Source: Plasmodiophora brassicae (Eukaryota). From it: a stretch of DNA of 64,000 nucleotides. The stretch spans positions 1,054,001 through 1,118,000 of the forward strand of contig CP145421.1 in assembly GCA_036867785.1 (NCBI GenBank), read 5' to 3'. Position numbers and translations under genes: made by a program. Each line of letters starts with the position of its first letter. Within the stretch, counting starts at the first letter, position 1. Under the pieces are notes generated by a model that saw nothing but the letters and a program-made list of their open reading frames with translations, was not told the origin of the DNA and searched no databases. This document shows positions 26,526 to 38,171 of the stretch, one piece after another.

Positions 26526-28284
26526 GAGGTTTAGGGACTTTTCTAATGAGTAGGGCCGTCTGACAGCTGACAACGCATGACGCAAGAAGAAATCGGCCCA
26601 AAAAAATCGCATTTATGGACCCAGTTTTTTGGGACGTTAAGCCCCTTTGCCGAGCAACGTTGCCGCTTTAGCTTTCGCCCACGCCGGTGGCGGCAGTATG
26701 GGACCTGTGGACGACATCGCGCCTCCGGCCGACGGATGCCGTGTCGGCGTGAATCAGTCGCCGACTCCGTGTTGCGCTGCGACTGACGACGCTGACGATG
26801 CAGCCGATCGCCCACGTCCCCTGCCAATCGCCGACGATCCGACGACCAAGCCGGTGGTCGACGCCGCCCACTACATCGCCGTACACGGCTTCCCGATACG
26901 CCACGATGTTCACCATCGCACCTCGCCGATCGCCGACGACCTGTCGCGACCGCGTGCCCTGCCAGTGTCTGCGCCGTAAGCCGTTGCACCTCGAGGACAG
27001 GTACGAGTCATCGTTTGTTGCACAGTGTCCCAGGCCCTCTGACGCGTTCGACACCGCCCTTATGCAGTCTCATGCCGTCGAGTCGGACCAGGTCCAACAT
27101 GACCCCGGCGTGGTGGCTTCCGACGCTTGGAACAATTGGTCATGCACGCCCCATGCCCGGCACCATGCGTTGATAGCGGGCTAACCAGTCGATGTCGTCG
27201 CCGGCCTCCCTGTCTGCGTGTCGAGCGGTGCCTGCCTGCTGCGTTGTGTTCGTCCTCGCGTCTCTCGAGTCGTCGACGTCCCGAGGCGCCTGCTCGCTGT
27301 TCCTGCGATCGACTGTGACGTAATCGATGCATCCCACTGGACGTATTGCCAACGCGCCCAACACGTCTGGACGACGCCATGCTCCGGTACGGACCGCTGT
27401 CTAATGCAAATGATCACGGCCTCACACGTTCTGCACAGGACACTGCCGTCGCCAGTTACGACGCTGCCGGTCGTCAATGCCGCCCACTACATCGCGATAT
27501 TCGACTAAGTTCGCGTCTGCAGGCTGCGGGTCCCCAACGACCCGTCGTGCTGCTCGCCGTGCTTACGTCCGCGTCGAAGTCACCGCCGAGCACCGACATG
27601 GGCCAACGGGATCACCTGCAACGCGACCATAAGGGGTCCTGCTGGGCTTCTGTGCATCTCCTGGTCAGGAGCGTGTCGTTGCCAAGATGCCCCATCGCCT
27701 GATACGGCTGCCTGCCCTGCTTGCGTCCGCGCCGACGTCGCTGCGACCGGGCCAACACATCGTCTACTAGGACAGCGGAACGTGATCATCTTCCTTAAGC
27801 GCGCCCAATATCTCTGGGTGCGATTCCAGGACAGGTATAGTTTCTCGGCTGATGCGATATGACCTTCGCCTCTGACATGTGATGAACAGGCTAAGCCAGC
27901 TGCCGTGGGACGTCGCTTGTCCATCATGGGAGCCTTCAAGCAGCCGTGGTTCTGCCAAATTGTCATTCTGCTCCACACGTGACGCGGTCGACTGCCCCAC
28001 CCTAGCCGCCGGATGCAATTCGCCGTCTGCCCTGAACCGTCCTGCGATGACGGGCACTGGTGCAAATGCGTCGCCGGCCCCCCATCTGCCTGGTCGGCTG
28101 CCTCTGCCAACTCTGCTGGTTGCCCAGCAGGGTAGCGGTGCCCAGCGCCCGTTGCTGCCGGAAGCCTCGCGGACACCTGACTTTCGACAACGATCGTGCA
28201 GCATCCTTGACGCTATATCCCGATAACCGTGGCCGTTCAATACACGCTGAACATGTTGACATGCGCGTACACCCACACGTGAAG

Positions 28285-28870
28285 AGCGTAACCAAGGAAC
28301 AGTACATTCGTATGTGTGAGACCCGCTGCCCGCAACGGGCGGAGGGTGCCGTGTTGCTCCTCGACGTAAGCGGGCGTTAATACATTTTCAGAATTTCAGT
28401 AAGGTGCAGGTGCCGTACATGTACGAGTTGATGACAATAAGACCAACCGAAGGGGATCGTAGCCAAGGAACAATACTCTCGATCGGATGTCTCAGACCCG
28501 CTATCCGCAACGGGGAGACAGTGCCGAATTGCCCTTCGTCGTAATCGGGAGCGTTAACACACTTTACGAATTTCAATACGGTGCAGAGGCCATCCCTTTA
28601 CAAGTTTACGACAATAAGACAAACCTAAAGGGAAGGTAACCGAGGAACAATACACTCGGAGGTGTGTGGCCCGCTGTCCGCAACGAGGAGAGAGTGCCGA
28701 ATTGCTCCTCGTCGTAACCGGGAGCGTTAACACATTTTAACAATTTCAGCAAGATGCAGGGGCCAAACGTTTACGAGTTCCCGACAAACGTAAAGGGAAC
28801 GTAACCGAGGAACAATACAGTCGGATGTGTGGGACCCGCTGTCCGCAAAGGGTGGAGAGTGCCGAATTTC
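28285..28870. repeat. Tandem array of about 3.5 diverged 165-180 bp units
   Basis: gtaacc(a/g)aggaaca.tac..tcg.atgtgt...gacccgct..ccgcaacg..gagagtgccgaatt recurs at ~28288, 28458, 28636 and 28801. Confidence 0.85.
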
Positions 28871-30182
28871 TCTTCGCGGTTCTTCGGAGGGAAGGTACTC
28901 GACATTAAACGAGGGCAGTCGAGTTCGTACCTACTGATCTAGTTCCATCTCGGTATATGGATTTCCAATGAAGGCTGGCCTCGGCGAAAGTCCAGCAGGG
29001 CGCACCACTCCGTAGTTGCGTCGTCGTCGTCGCCGACGACCCGGCTACGCTGCCTGTCGTCAACGTCGTCCACGACATCGCCGTAAACGGTTCAACGGGT
29101 GTTCTGCGCCGTCGCACATCGCGGGTCGCCGACGACATGTCGTGCCTGCCTGACCTGCTTGCGTCCCCGCCGCCGTCTCCGCCGACCATATCGTCACGGG
29201 CCAAGGCGTCCCCAACGAAGGCAACGCAACCTGCTGCGGCTCAGTACCTCTGGATGATGAATTGTATTCAGAACAGGTAAGTAGTATCGCGTATGACAAG
29301 CAACCATGGGCTGAGACATGTGCTGGACAGGAGACGGCAGCCGTCGATGCCGGGCGGTGCCAGGCGGTCCGACCACCTGCTCCACACCTGGGGCTATCGC
29401 ATGTCGCGTATCCCCGACGACAGGTCCACGCCGACGTCGCCGCCGACCATATCGGCACGTGTAAAACGCATCCCCGGGGAAGGCAATGCAACCTGCTGCT
29501 GGTGTGTCAACGCGCTCAGTACCTCTGGATGAAGTATATCCAGAACAGGTACGCCGTAGCGCGTATGACCAGCGACCATGACCTCTGACATGTGATGGAC
29601 AGGAGACGGCAGCCGTAGCTGTACCGCATCGTCAGGCTTGCGACCACCTGGTCCCACGCCTGAGGCGACGCCTACCCCCTGTCGATCGCTGCGGTTGGTC
29701 GTTCGCGTCCCTGCCATAAACCCGTCATTCCATGTCGGCCACAGCGAGCAAGGGCGCCGCCAGCGCCACCGTCCGCAAGCCCAGCTGCGCATGCCTACGC
29801 TGCTGGTTGCCCAACGTCCATTTCTACCGGCCGCCACGCGAACGCCTGCTATCTGATGACGATCGCCACCATCCCGGCCGGCGTATCGCGGCAACCAGGA
29901 CCGTTCAATACAGGCAGAACCAGTTGTCACGCGTGTACACCGGCCATGCATGGCTTCCTGGCGTCAGCTGGTGCCGACCAGAGCAGGGCGGGACGCCTTC
30001 CGTCCCCAGCGTGTTCATCGACGTTGCGCCCGTCCCTTCATGTCGACGCATATGAAACCCATCCCATGACGTTGCCATGCCTGGTTAGGCCAAGCAATGC
30101 CTACCCTTACAATCGACCATCGACGCTCTCGATGCTGCACCTCAAACAGACCCGTCCCGTGTGTTAAGTTACAAATACAAGT

Positions 30183-33100
30183 TTATGAACGGATACCATT
30201 GCATCTGTAGAAGAGCAGCCTGTAGACGCGCTTGTGGAGCAGGCTAGCCACTTGGGACTCTCCATACCGCACTAGGCGATTGGTGTCGCAGAAGACCCAG
30301 GAACCACCGGGTTGCTTGACCCAGGATATATAATGCCCTTCATCGTGCCCAGCCAATTGGGTGTCACTACCCTGGTAATCGACCAGGCCAACGAGATCGA
30401 AGTACGCTCTGCCAGTCTGAAACGTCACTTCTGGCACCACGTCCTGCCCACAGGAGATATCAGACATCCAAGAGATCCACCCATCATCATCGCTTGATGT
30501 CCTGCACCTACCACCGTGGTCCTACGACGCGCCATGCTGATCTGCGCTCCGTCAGGGCCGGGTTGCTGGACGATCTCCATCGGATCCTGCCGAACAATCA
30601 ACAGTGACCCCGGCGTTGGACTCCTGGCCATGTGGCGGAACGTTGTCGACCGGTGCTCGACATCGTGACCAGGTTGGCAGGGAACGTTGGAGGTGCACCT
30701 CCTGGTGATCGTCTCCGACTGCTCCCCGACCAGAACCGTTGAGAGTTTGACTCGCCGGTGGCAGCCCTGCAGCATGACGACGGGCTGCTGACAAGGCGGG
30801 CGCGACGAGGCATGGCCGCAGGTGGCACACGTATCAACCACGTGTTCGACGAACTCGACGAGACTGCCAACAATCGGCTGTCCATCAGCGCCGACCATAC
30901 GGTATGCCTCCATCTGCGATAGCAGTTCCAGGACGAAGTCGTCTGCGTCGTGCTGATGTCCGGCAGGAAACGACCGTGTCGCCCGGTCGGCGTTGCCCAG
31001 GCTGCTGATGAGCTCAACGAGCGCGTACGACGCCACGTTCGCATCCAGGCGGGGGTTCATCACCTGGTTGAACAGGCCCACCCAGGGCGCGTCGCCCGAC
31101 ACGCGGTGCCATCCAGGCAAACGACGCAGGATATGGACCGGTGCAATGGCGAAGCAAATCTGCCGGCAGACGCCGGCCGCATCCACGTTCGATATGCCCG
31201 CTGGAAGTAGCGTGTCAGCACCACACTCCTGAACGTCAACTTCAGCAGCGTCGATGACAATTGGATCGCGTTTCGTACCTGCGCAGGAGGTTCCGACCCT
31301 TGGGCGGGATCGCTGTGGGCGATTCGTTCGGTGCGGCTCGAACGGTCGACAGCAGGTCGTTCGTGGACCTGCAGTTATTGCACGCATGTCAGCTGTCTCC
31401 CTCGCCACAGTACCGGCGTTGGCAATTGGCAAACCTGTCTGCGCTTCCTCGCTGGGCGTTTCGCGAGGAGAGCCACTTGAACCCTCCTCCGCTTGCAAGT
31501 AAGCTTGGGTGCCTGCAATGTCACGGGGGTTCAGTCTACACCCCGCTCGCAATACCTTCTAACCCAAATCACCCTGTACTCCGACGACCTGGAGGACGAC
31601 TCGCAAACGTCGTTCGTGTCCTGGGACGGTGCGTCGCTGTCGTCGTCGCTCGACATCGGGTCCACATCCATCGTACTCTGTTCAGGCCCACAGTGGATCA
31701 GCAGGATTGCACAATCAAGGCGAATATCATCAGTACACGTACAGTTCGTCGGCACCTGATTGCCGACCGGTTCTGCAGTAGTGCTGCCCGCCGACTGGTT
31801 ACTGTCCTGCGTACGGGGCGGCGCTCGTCACCGGCGTCGTCTCCTGCACCGCCGTCCTCAGATCCGTTGGCACCGGCAACGTCGATGCCGCTTCGCCGCC
31901 TTCGGACGGCGTCCAGGTACATCGGCACAAGCCGGGCAACGAGCGACGCGATCCGCTCAACGACGACATCGTTCTGGCGCCTCGACGTCAGGACGATGAG
32001 TTCGATCGCCACCAGCAAGACGTCGTAGGTGTGCTTCGTCGCGCACCAGACCTCGTTGAGCTTGGCGCCGACAGCGCCGATCAGCATGAGTTCGTGGGCG
32101 AAGTCGTCCCACTCAACCGCGCCTGCGTCCAGCGACCTGAGGACCGCCGACATGTCGACGACGTGGTCATCGCCGTCCCGCTCGTCAGCGTTCCTCTTCT
32201 CACCCACGTACGTCAACACTCGTCGACCGAGGCCGCGCGCATGGAAGATCATAAGGATGATCCTCTGCTGCAGGCCCCACTTGGACAGGTCCACGGGTGA
32301 CGGCCACAGACCAGACACGCTCTTGACGAGTTTGCTGACCTGCGTCGACATCTGCCGGGGCGACTTCGACAGTTCAATCGTGTCGTCGACGCAGGGCCTC
32401 TGAACCAGCACCGCGTTGTGTGGATCGCCCAGGAACCCGTCCCAATCGACCAAGACCGGGGTGCCTTTCCCGTCCTTCCTCGAATGCATCACGCCCATGA
32501 TCAGGGCCATGGCTTCCCACGGCCAATGCCGGCGATGCTTGTTCCCGTGGAAGGCGGACGGCAGCGGCAGCTCCGCCCACGACCCTTGAGCCTGCGCCAG
32601 GGTGACCGACCGCGACGACAGCGGGACCTTGCTGATCTGCAGCGATCCAGCTGACGTCAACGGTACGATCAGGTCGGGATCACAGAGTGGCGGGACCAGC
32701 ATGACGACCTGCTGGAGGATGTTCTTGAACTCGGCGGTAGGCACCCATCGACCCGCCGGACGCTGGCGCAGTGCACGACGCTGGGCCGGGCTGCTGTCGC
32801 CGGACGCCATGAGCATGCGGAGATAGGCGTCGGTGACTCGCTCCGGAGGCGCATCAACAAGGACGACGGGAGGATGTACGACACGGCCATCCCAGCGTAG
32901 ACGCAACGACACGTGAATGACATCACGCCCCAGGGCTCGGCGCCTGCCTTGTACCCTCGTCACCAACGCGCGCATGACGTCGGCCTCTCGGAAACGACTA
33001 AGCGGCACGATGGACATGACGTCACGCCAGAGCGCTACGTGCGGCAGCGTGTCCACGCCGGGCGACATCCAATTGAATGCCACCCACTCGGCGAACGTGA

Positions 33101-36100
33101 TGTGTTGCATCGACGCGACTGAGGGGTCCAGCACGGATCCAGGGCTCGCCAGGCGATGCAGGGCGGCCGGTGACGGAAGGAACGACTTGAACAGATAGTC
33201 GTAGTCCTGGTCCAGGTCTGGGCGATCAAGCGCATGGCTGACGTACGGCGCGAGGACCTTCCTGGACCGCAGCTGGTCGAACGCGTACGCGCCCTCTGTC
33301 TGAAGCAGGTTGAGCGCCACAGCGGCTGGCGTCAACATGTCCGAGAGCATCGACGATAACGTTCGAAACCAGGAGCGGACCAGGTAGGTCAACGCATGCC
33401 GGCACCCCTTAACCGAAATCCGAAGGATCGTCGACATCACGTCGGCGTTGTCGAACCCATGGATAAAGTTCAGGAACTGGCCCTCGTGAATGCGCAGGTT
33501 TAAGGGGTCCATGAAAGCTGGATCGATGAACACCCTGCCGGCCGACATGCAGAAATTGACGTAATCCAGGCGCGTCCCGGGCGACATCCACACGCCGACA
33601 TTGCTGTCAGGGGTACCGCCCTGGAAGAACCGGCTTGCCGAGATGAACGAACCGTCGAGCAGTGCGTTCAGCAGGTCCTCCATGAACTGCAGGCAGTTCA
33701 TCTGCCGCCGATCAATGTTCGTGACGAACGGTGATCGGCGCCCGCCCTCGATGGGTCGGAACATGGCCCGATACATCAGACGGGGGAAGTGGGCGTACTG
33801 CTCATGTTTCCGCAGAAGATGGGCCCAGAAGTCGTGCGCCGCGATGCACAGGATCGTGTCGTCGTCGTTCAGGTGGGCAACTTCGCGCCACATCGACTGG
33901 AACACAGCGCCGCGCATCGACAGGTTTGCGATGTACTCGCAGCGGTGAACGACGGGGACCCTTTCGCGCATCATCTGGCGGCACCATCGTATTCTCTGCG
34001 TCATCGACCTGTGAACCGGCTTGAGGGCTCGCTTCACGTCCGTCTTGCGGATCGGCCCGTACTTCCTCAGAGACCGCGGCAACGAAGCGATGAATTTACG
34101 AGTGTTACCGCGATCGAAAGACGCCCGCACACAGGCGCTGAATGTGGCCAGGTGCGAGTAGCGCACAGGCGCCGCCAGTATTCGTGATCGATCTCTTGTG
34201 CGTTGAGACACTGTCGCATTGTACGCTGATCTCGCTGAAGCCATTGTCGAGCCGCACCGCGTTTTACATCCCCCAAACGCGGCAACCTCACCGATCGGGT
34301 AATAGGAGTGGGATCGCGCAGGAGCGCCGCGGTTGGCGTCTCGGTCGCGTAGAGCGCTGTAGTCGCGACAGACGGCCACAGGTGTCTGATCCGGAAACGG
34401 CTCAGCGGCCACGTTGCTGCCAATGTCAAACCGGCCGCAGTCAACGATCGCGGTCGGCCAGAACGTTCGGAGGTAGTGGCGCTGCTCCAGGATCGAGCCG
34501 ACGTTGTCCATCCTCGTAAATGATCGAACGCCCAACGATTGCATCAGAACCATCGTCGAGTCCTGCAGGTACAATGCCAGTGTGTCCAGCATGGTTCGCG
34601 CGTCTCGCGGCGCGAACCGTACAGGACGCTTGTGGTTGTTGTACTGCTGGCTGTAGTCGACGAGTTCGTCGGGAAGTCGATCAGAGCACGCGGCGATGGC
34701 CTCGCTGACTGCGGCGCGGCAGGAACTGGAGAAGCCGCGTCGTGTCGAGTGACGACTCGTACTCACCAGGAACAACGTGATCGTGGCCATTGGCGAGCAA
34801 TACACTTCACCGAGGAGGAACATGGGAAACTTGGTTATCGGCGTTGGACGCGGTTCGCCTTCCAGCTGCACCCGAAGGTCGTGAAATGTGCTCCCGTTGA
34901 CCGCTTGGCGGCCAGCGTGCCGTCCCCAGGCTGTCATCAAGTGCAGCGACGTGAACGCCGTTGCCCTCTCGAGCGGGAAGACCTGAAGCCATCGCTGGAA
35001 CGACGTACAAATGGCCTGAAGCGAATCGACGTCCATGGTCTGGAGAATGTCGGGCACGCCGCCATGCCTCTCAGACGCTGCGCGTGCCTCGGCTGAAACA
35101 TCGAAGCGGTACTTGCCAGAGAAGCAGTCGGCTTTCGGTAGCCCATGCTGTGTCCAGAACAGGTCACCAGCGAAGTCTTGCAGACTAATCGTCTCAAACG
35201 CGCTGCAGTCAGTATGCGGTTGGCTTCCCCTTGTCAACTGCTTTTCTTCCGATTCAGCCAAGAGGGCGAAGGACGGATCCGCGCCATAAGGGTTACCTAA
35301 CCCGACCTGGCCGTCATCGGACGCAGCAGCATCGTCTTCCGAAGAAACCGTGCCAGATGAGTCCGACGAAGGCGCTCCATCGCGGTCGTCATCACCTTGA
35401 GCGGTGGCCCTCCTTGAATTGTCTTCAGGTACGCGGACGCTGCCACCAGCGTCGTCACCGTCTTCCGCTTCGACATCGACTTCGTCGGCTGCGGCCAGCT
35501 TCTGCCGTTCCCGGATATCGCGAAGATAATCAAACGTTGTTCGCGAGAAGGAGTCGGAACTAACAGCATCATCGTCGCTGTCTCGGTTCGTGTTGCACAG
35601 GCCGACGGGAACCCCGGAAGAGTCACACATCAGTACCATGGGTGCAGGACGCAAAGCGTCACCCATGACCAGGTCGGACGGCAGGACAGGGATCAGATCG
35701 AAGCTGTTCAAGTTGCCTCGATTCGTCTGCAAAGGTAAGACCACGGTCGCCAGCACTGACAACGCCACGACGTGCGGCACGCGACTCGTAAACTCCTGCA
35801 ACACATTCAGCCGTTGGTCTGTTGACAGCATCCGTTAAAGCAATTCATCATCGTACCGTAGACATGCGCCTTTCGGCAAACCGGAGCCCGACAATCTCGC
35901 GACAGTTATCCCGCGAAGTCATGGGATGCACGTGGTCAAACAAGGCGTCCTCGGGAACGGCGAATTCGTCGAACAACGCCCTCTGATGGTTAAAGGGGAC
36001 TGGTTCGTCCAGAATTACATCTAAGACGACGGGATTTGGACACAAGGCGACGGCCGCGACGAAATCAGGCACCCAGAGGCCATTGGCAGTGAAGTGCCGT

Positions 36101-38170
36101 TGGTCCACGATCATGACATTACCATCCTTGTTATTTTCTGCGAGTGCCTGCCGCTGCCATTTGTCCAGCTGGGCCCGGAGGATCGGTGGCGAGGTCTGCA
36201 ATCGGATTTCCAATTCCCTGATGTGGCCTGCGAGGACTTCCCTGTTCGCGGGAACCTTTTGATACCAGCACAAGTACGAAAGCAACCAGGTCGACACGTT
36301 CTCGAAAGATTGCCAGGAAAGATCATGCCAATTCTGGAAAATGTGCCTGACAGACGGGTCAACGGTGATCCCATACGTGTCATTCAATTCCGCCAGTCTG
36401 AGTCGAACAGCGTCGGTGAGCGGCTTAGGAATATCGACGTTCGTACCGGCCCTCCTGCGCCCCACGAACCACAAACGTGGTTCCCAAAGCCACTCCCCCT
36501 CGGAACTAGCGTCATCCGGCGCTTGGCAATCCTGATCGTCATGGGCGTTTCCGCCGGGGTCGTCCGGCTTGGCGCCTGCGTGCATGTCGTCCTCGTCTTG
36601 GTCGTCGAGCTCTGCGTCATCGATTGGGTATAACTCAGATTCGTCCAGATTGTCAAGATCCATCACCGCATCCGTCAAGACTGTTCTGGGGACGTCACCG
36701 CGATGGACGGCTACAGAGAGAAGATTGTTTGGTGTGCAACTCGACGGCTGCATTGAAGGAATATTGTCGTACGCTTGGCGACGAACAGCAGGCAGGAACG
36801 ATACACTATCATCTGAGGAAGATGATGTTCTCGACTCTGATGGAGGCGGACGGACCGGCATCTTAAGCGAATCAGGAGACGTTCGAACAGCGGTGATTGA
36901 CACGAGAGCAACTGCAGACGACGATTCCGGTTGGCACCCTGTCAGTGGGGGCACATCACGAGGCCAAGACGTCGATGCGGTTACGCAATTCATGTTAGGG
37001 TCGTGCGGGTCAAGCGTTATCTTACCTAGTTTGGCGTCACAATATGGAATACAAACAATTATTCCAACACGTAACCAACCATGAGGCGAATCATCAGCTC
37101 CCGTATCGACGGCAACGGTGGCGACTTCTTGAGGTGCTGCTGCAGTGTAGACGGGTGCACCAGAAGGGAGCGGCCCAAGTCCATCGGCGTGTTGCGGCGG
37201 CGCACGTGTCGGCTCAGGCAGCGACAGATCAATGGGCATCAGAGCCGATTCCCCTGCTACAACGTTCATCGAACCACCTAACTCAAAGTAAGAAAGTCAA
37301 CTATCGCGTAATTTGCCGGTCTCGATACCAACCATCACGGTCGTGTTCGTCGTTCACAGCGTCCCCAACGGCGGTCAAAGTCGTACCCGACCCGCCGGTC
37401 GTGTGCGAGTTGACCGCGCTATTGGAATTCGGAGCGCAGTCATCAAACTGGATCGGGGGGACATCATCGAACGCTGGAGACTCGATCGATCGTCGGTCGC
37501 ATTCCGCAGGCCCGTGGTTAAGGTTGCGTTCTTCACGCGGGCAATCGAGCATGTCCTTTCGTGCGATCTCCACTGTCCATCGACGACGATAGAAGCTGAT
37601 ATCGGTACCGGAAAACGTCATGGGCGACGAGTTCGCCAAGTAGTCAGCATACACGATCACGAAGACGACACAGTCGGTCCCATTGCTCTGCTTGGGAAAC
37701 CGACCGGCAGCACGGCGACAGGTCCATTCCGTCTCCCATGGGCGGCCAGTCATGTCCAGATACAAATCCCGCACGTACCGGATGATGTTGCGACCAAACT
37801 CAGTGCGGGGTGGTGTGTGCTGCAGAGAGTCGTACCACTCCACAAGCTTGAGCTTGGGTTGGACAACCATCAGGAACCAATGGTAAGCGTCGCAGATCGG
37901 GACAAATATAAAGTCGTAGTCAAACACGGGCTCGTGGGCGAACCATCTGGCCCACGTCCTCACATTCTCGTAGGCGTACTGGCCGCCCTGCATCATCTTC
38001 GCGTACAGCTGCGAGTCGAGCGCAAAGCACGTCGGGTAACGCCCAGGCATCGCGACTCGACGCGTTTCGTCACGCTGGACGATCAGAGACAGGCATGCCA
38101 TGATAACGGCATCGCTGAGCCAGCATTCGTCTTGTAGGCTCCGGATATCCCCCTAAGCAAAGGCATTCGT
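30183..38170 (-). pseudogene. Giant Ulp1-X-USP gene, copy A: 5' exons lost at the LINE junction, 1-nt frameshift in the USP near 30467
   Basis: Ulp1 motifs WLSD, HWFL, WYDSL, QSNGTDC. In-frame introns 37278-37332, 35796-35856, 31678-31742 and 31229-31278 (plus two more in 31370-31575) link ORFs 37301..38101, 35848..37269, 31698..35831 and the USP. USP motifs GISN..ICFAIAPVHIL, HQHDADDF, GHYISWVK, WVFCD. Confidence 0.8.
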
Positions 38171-38171
38171 G

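Noticed and set aside
28285-28870. CRISPR array
   Set aside because: Whole units are homologous, with no unique spacers, no cas genes and a eukaryotic context.
31698-35831. Herpesvirus/mirusvirus major capsid protein, suggested by the ~1,350-aa size
   Set aside because: No recognisable capsid motifs or neighbouring viral core genes, and the ORF is an internal exon of a larger gene.
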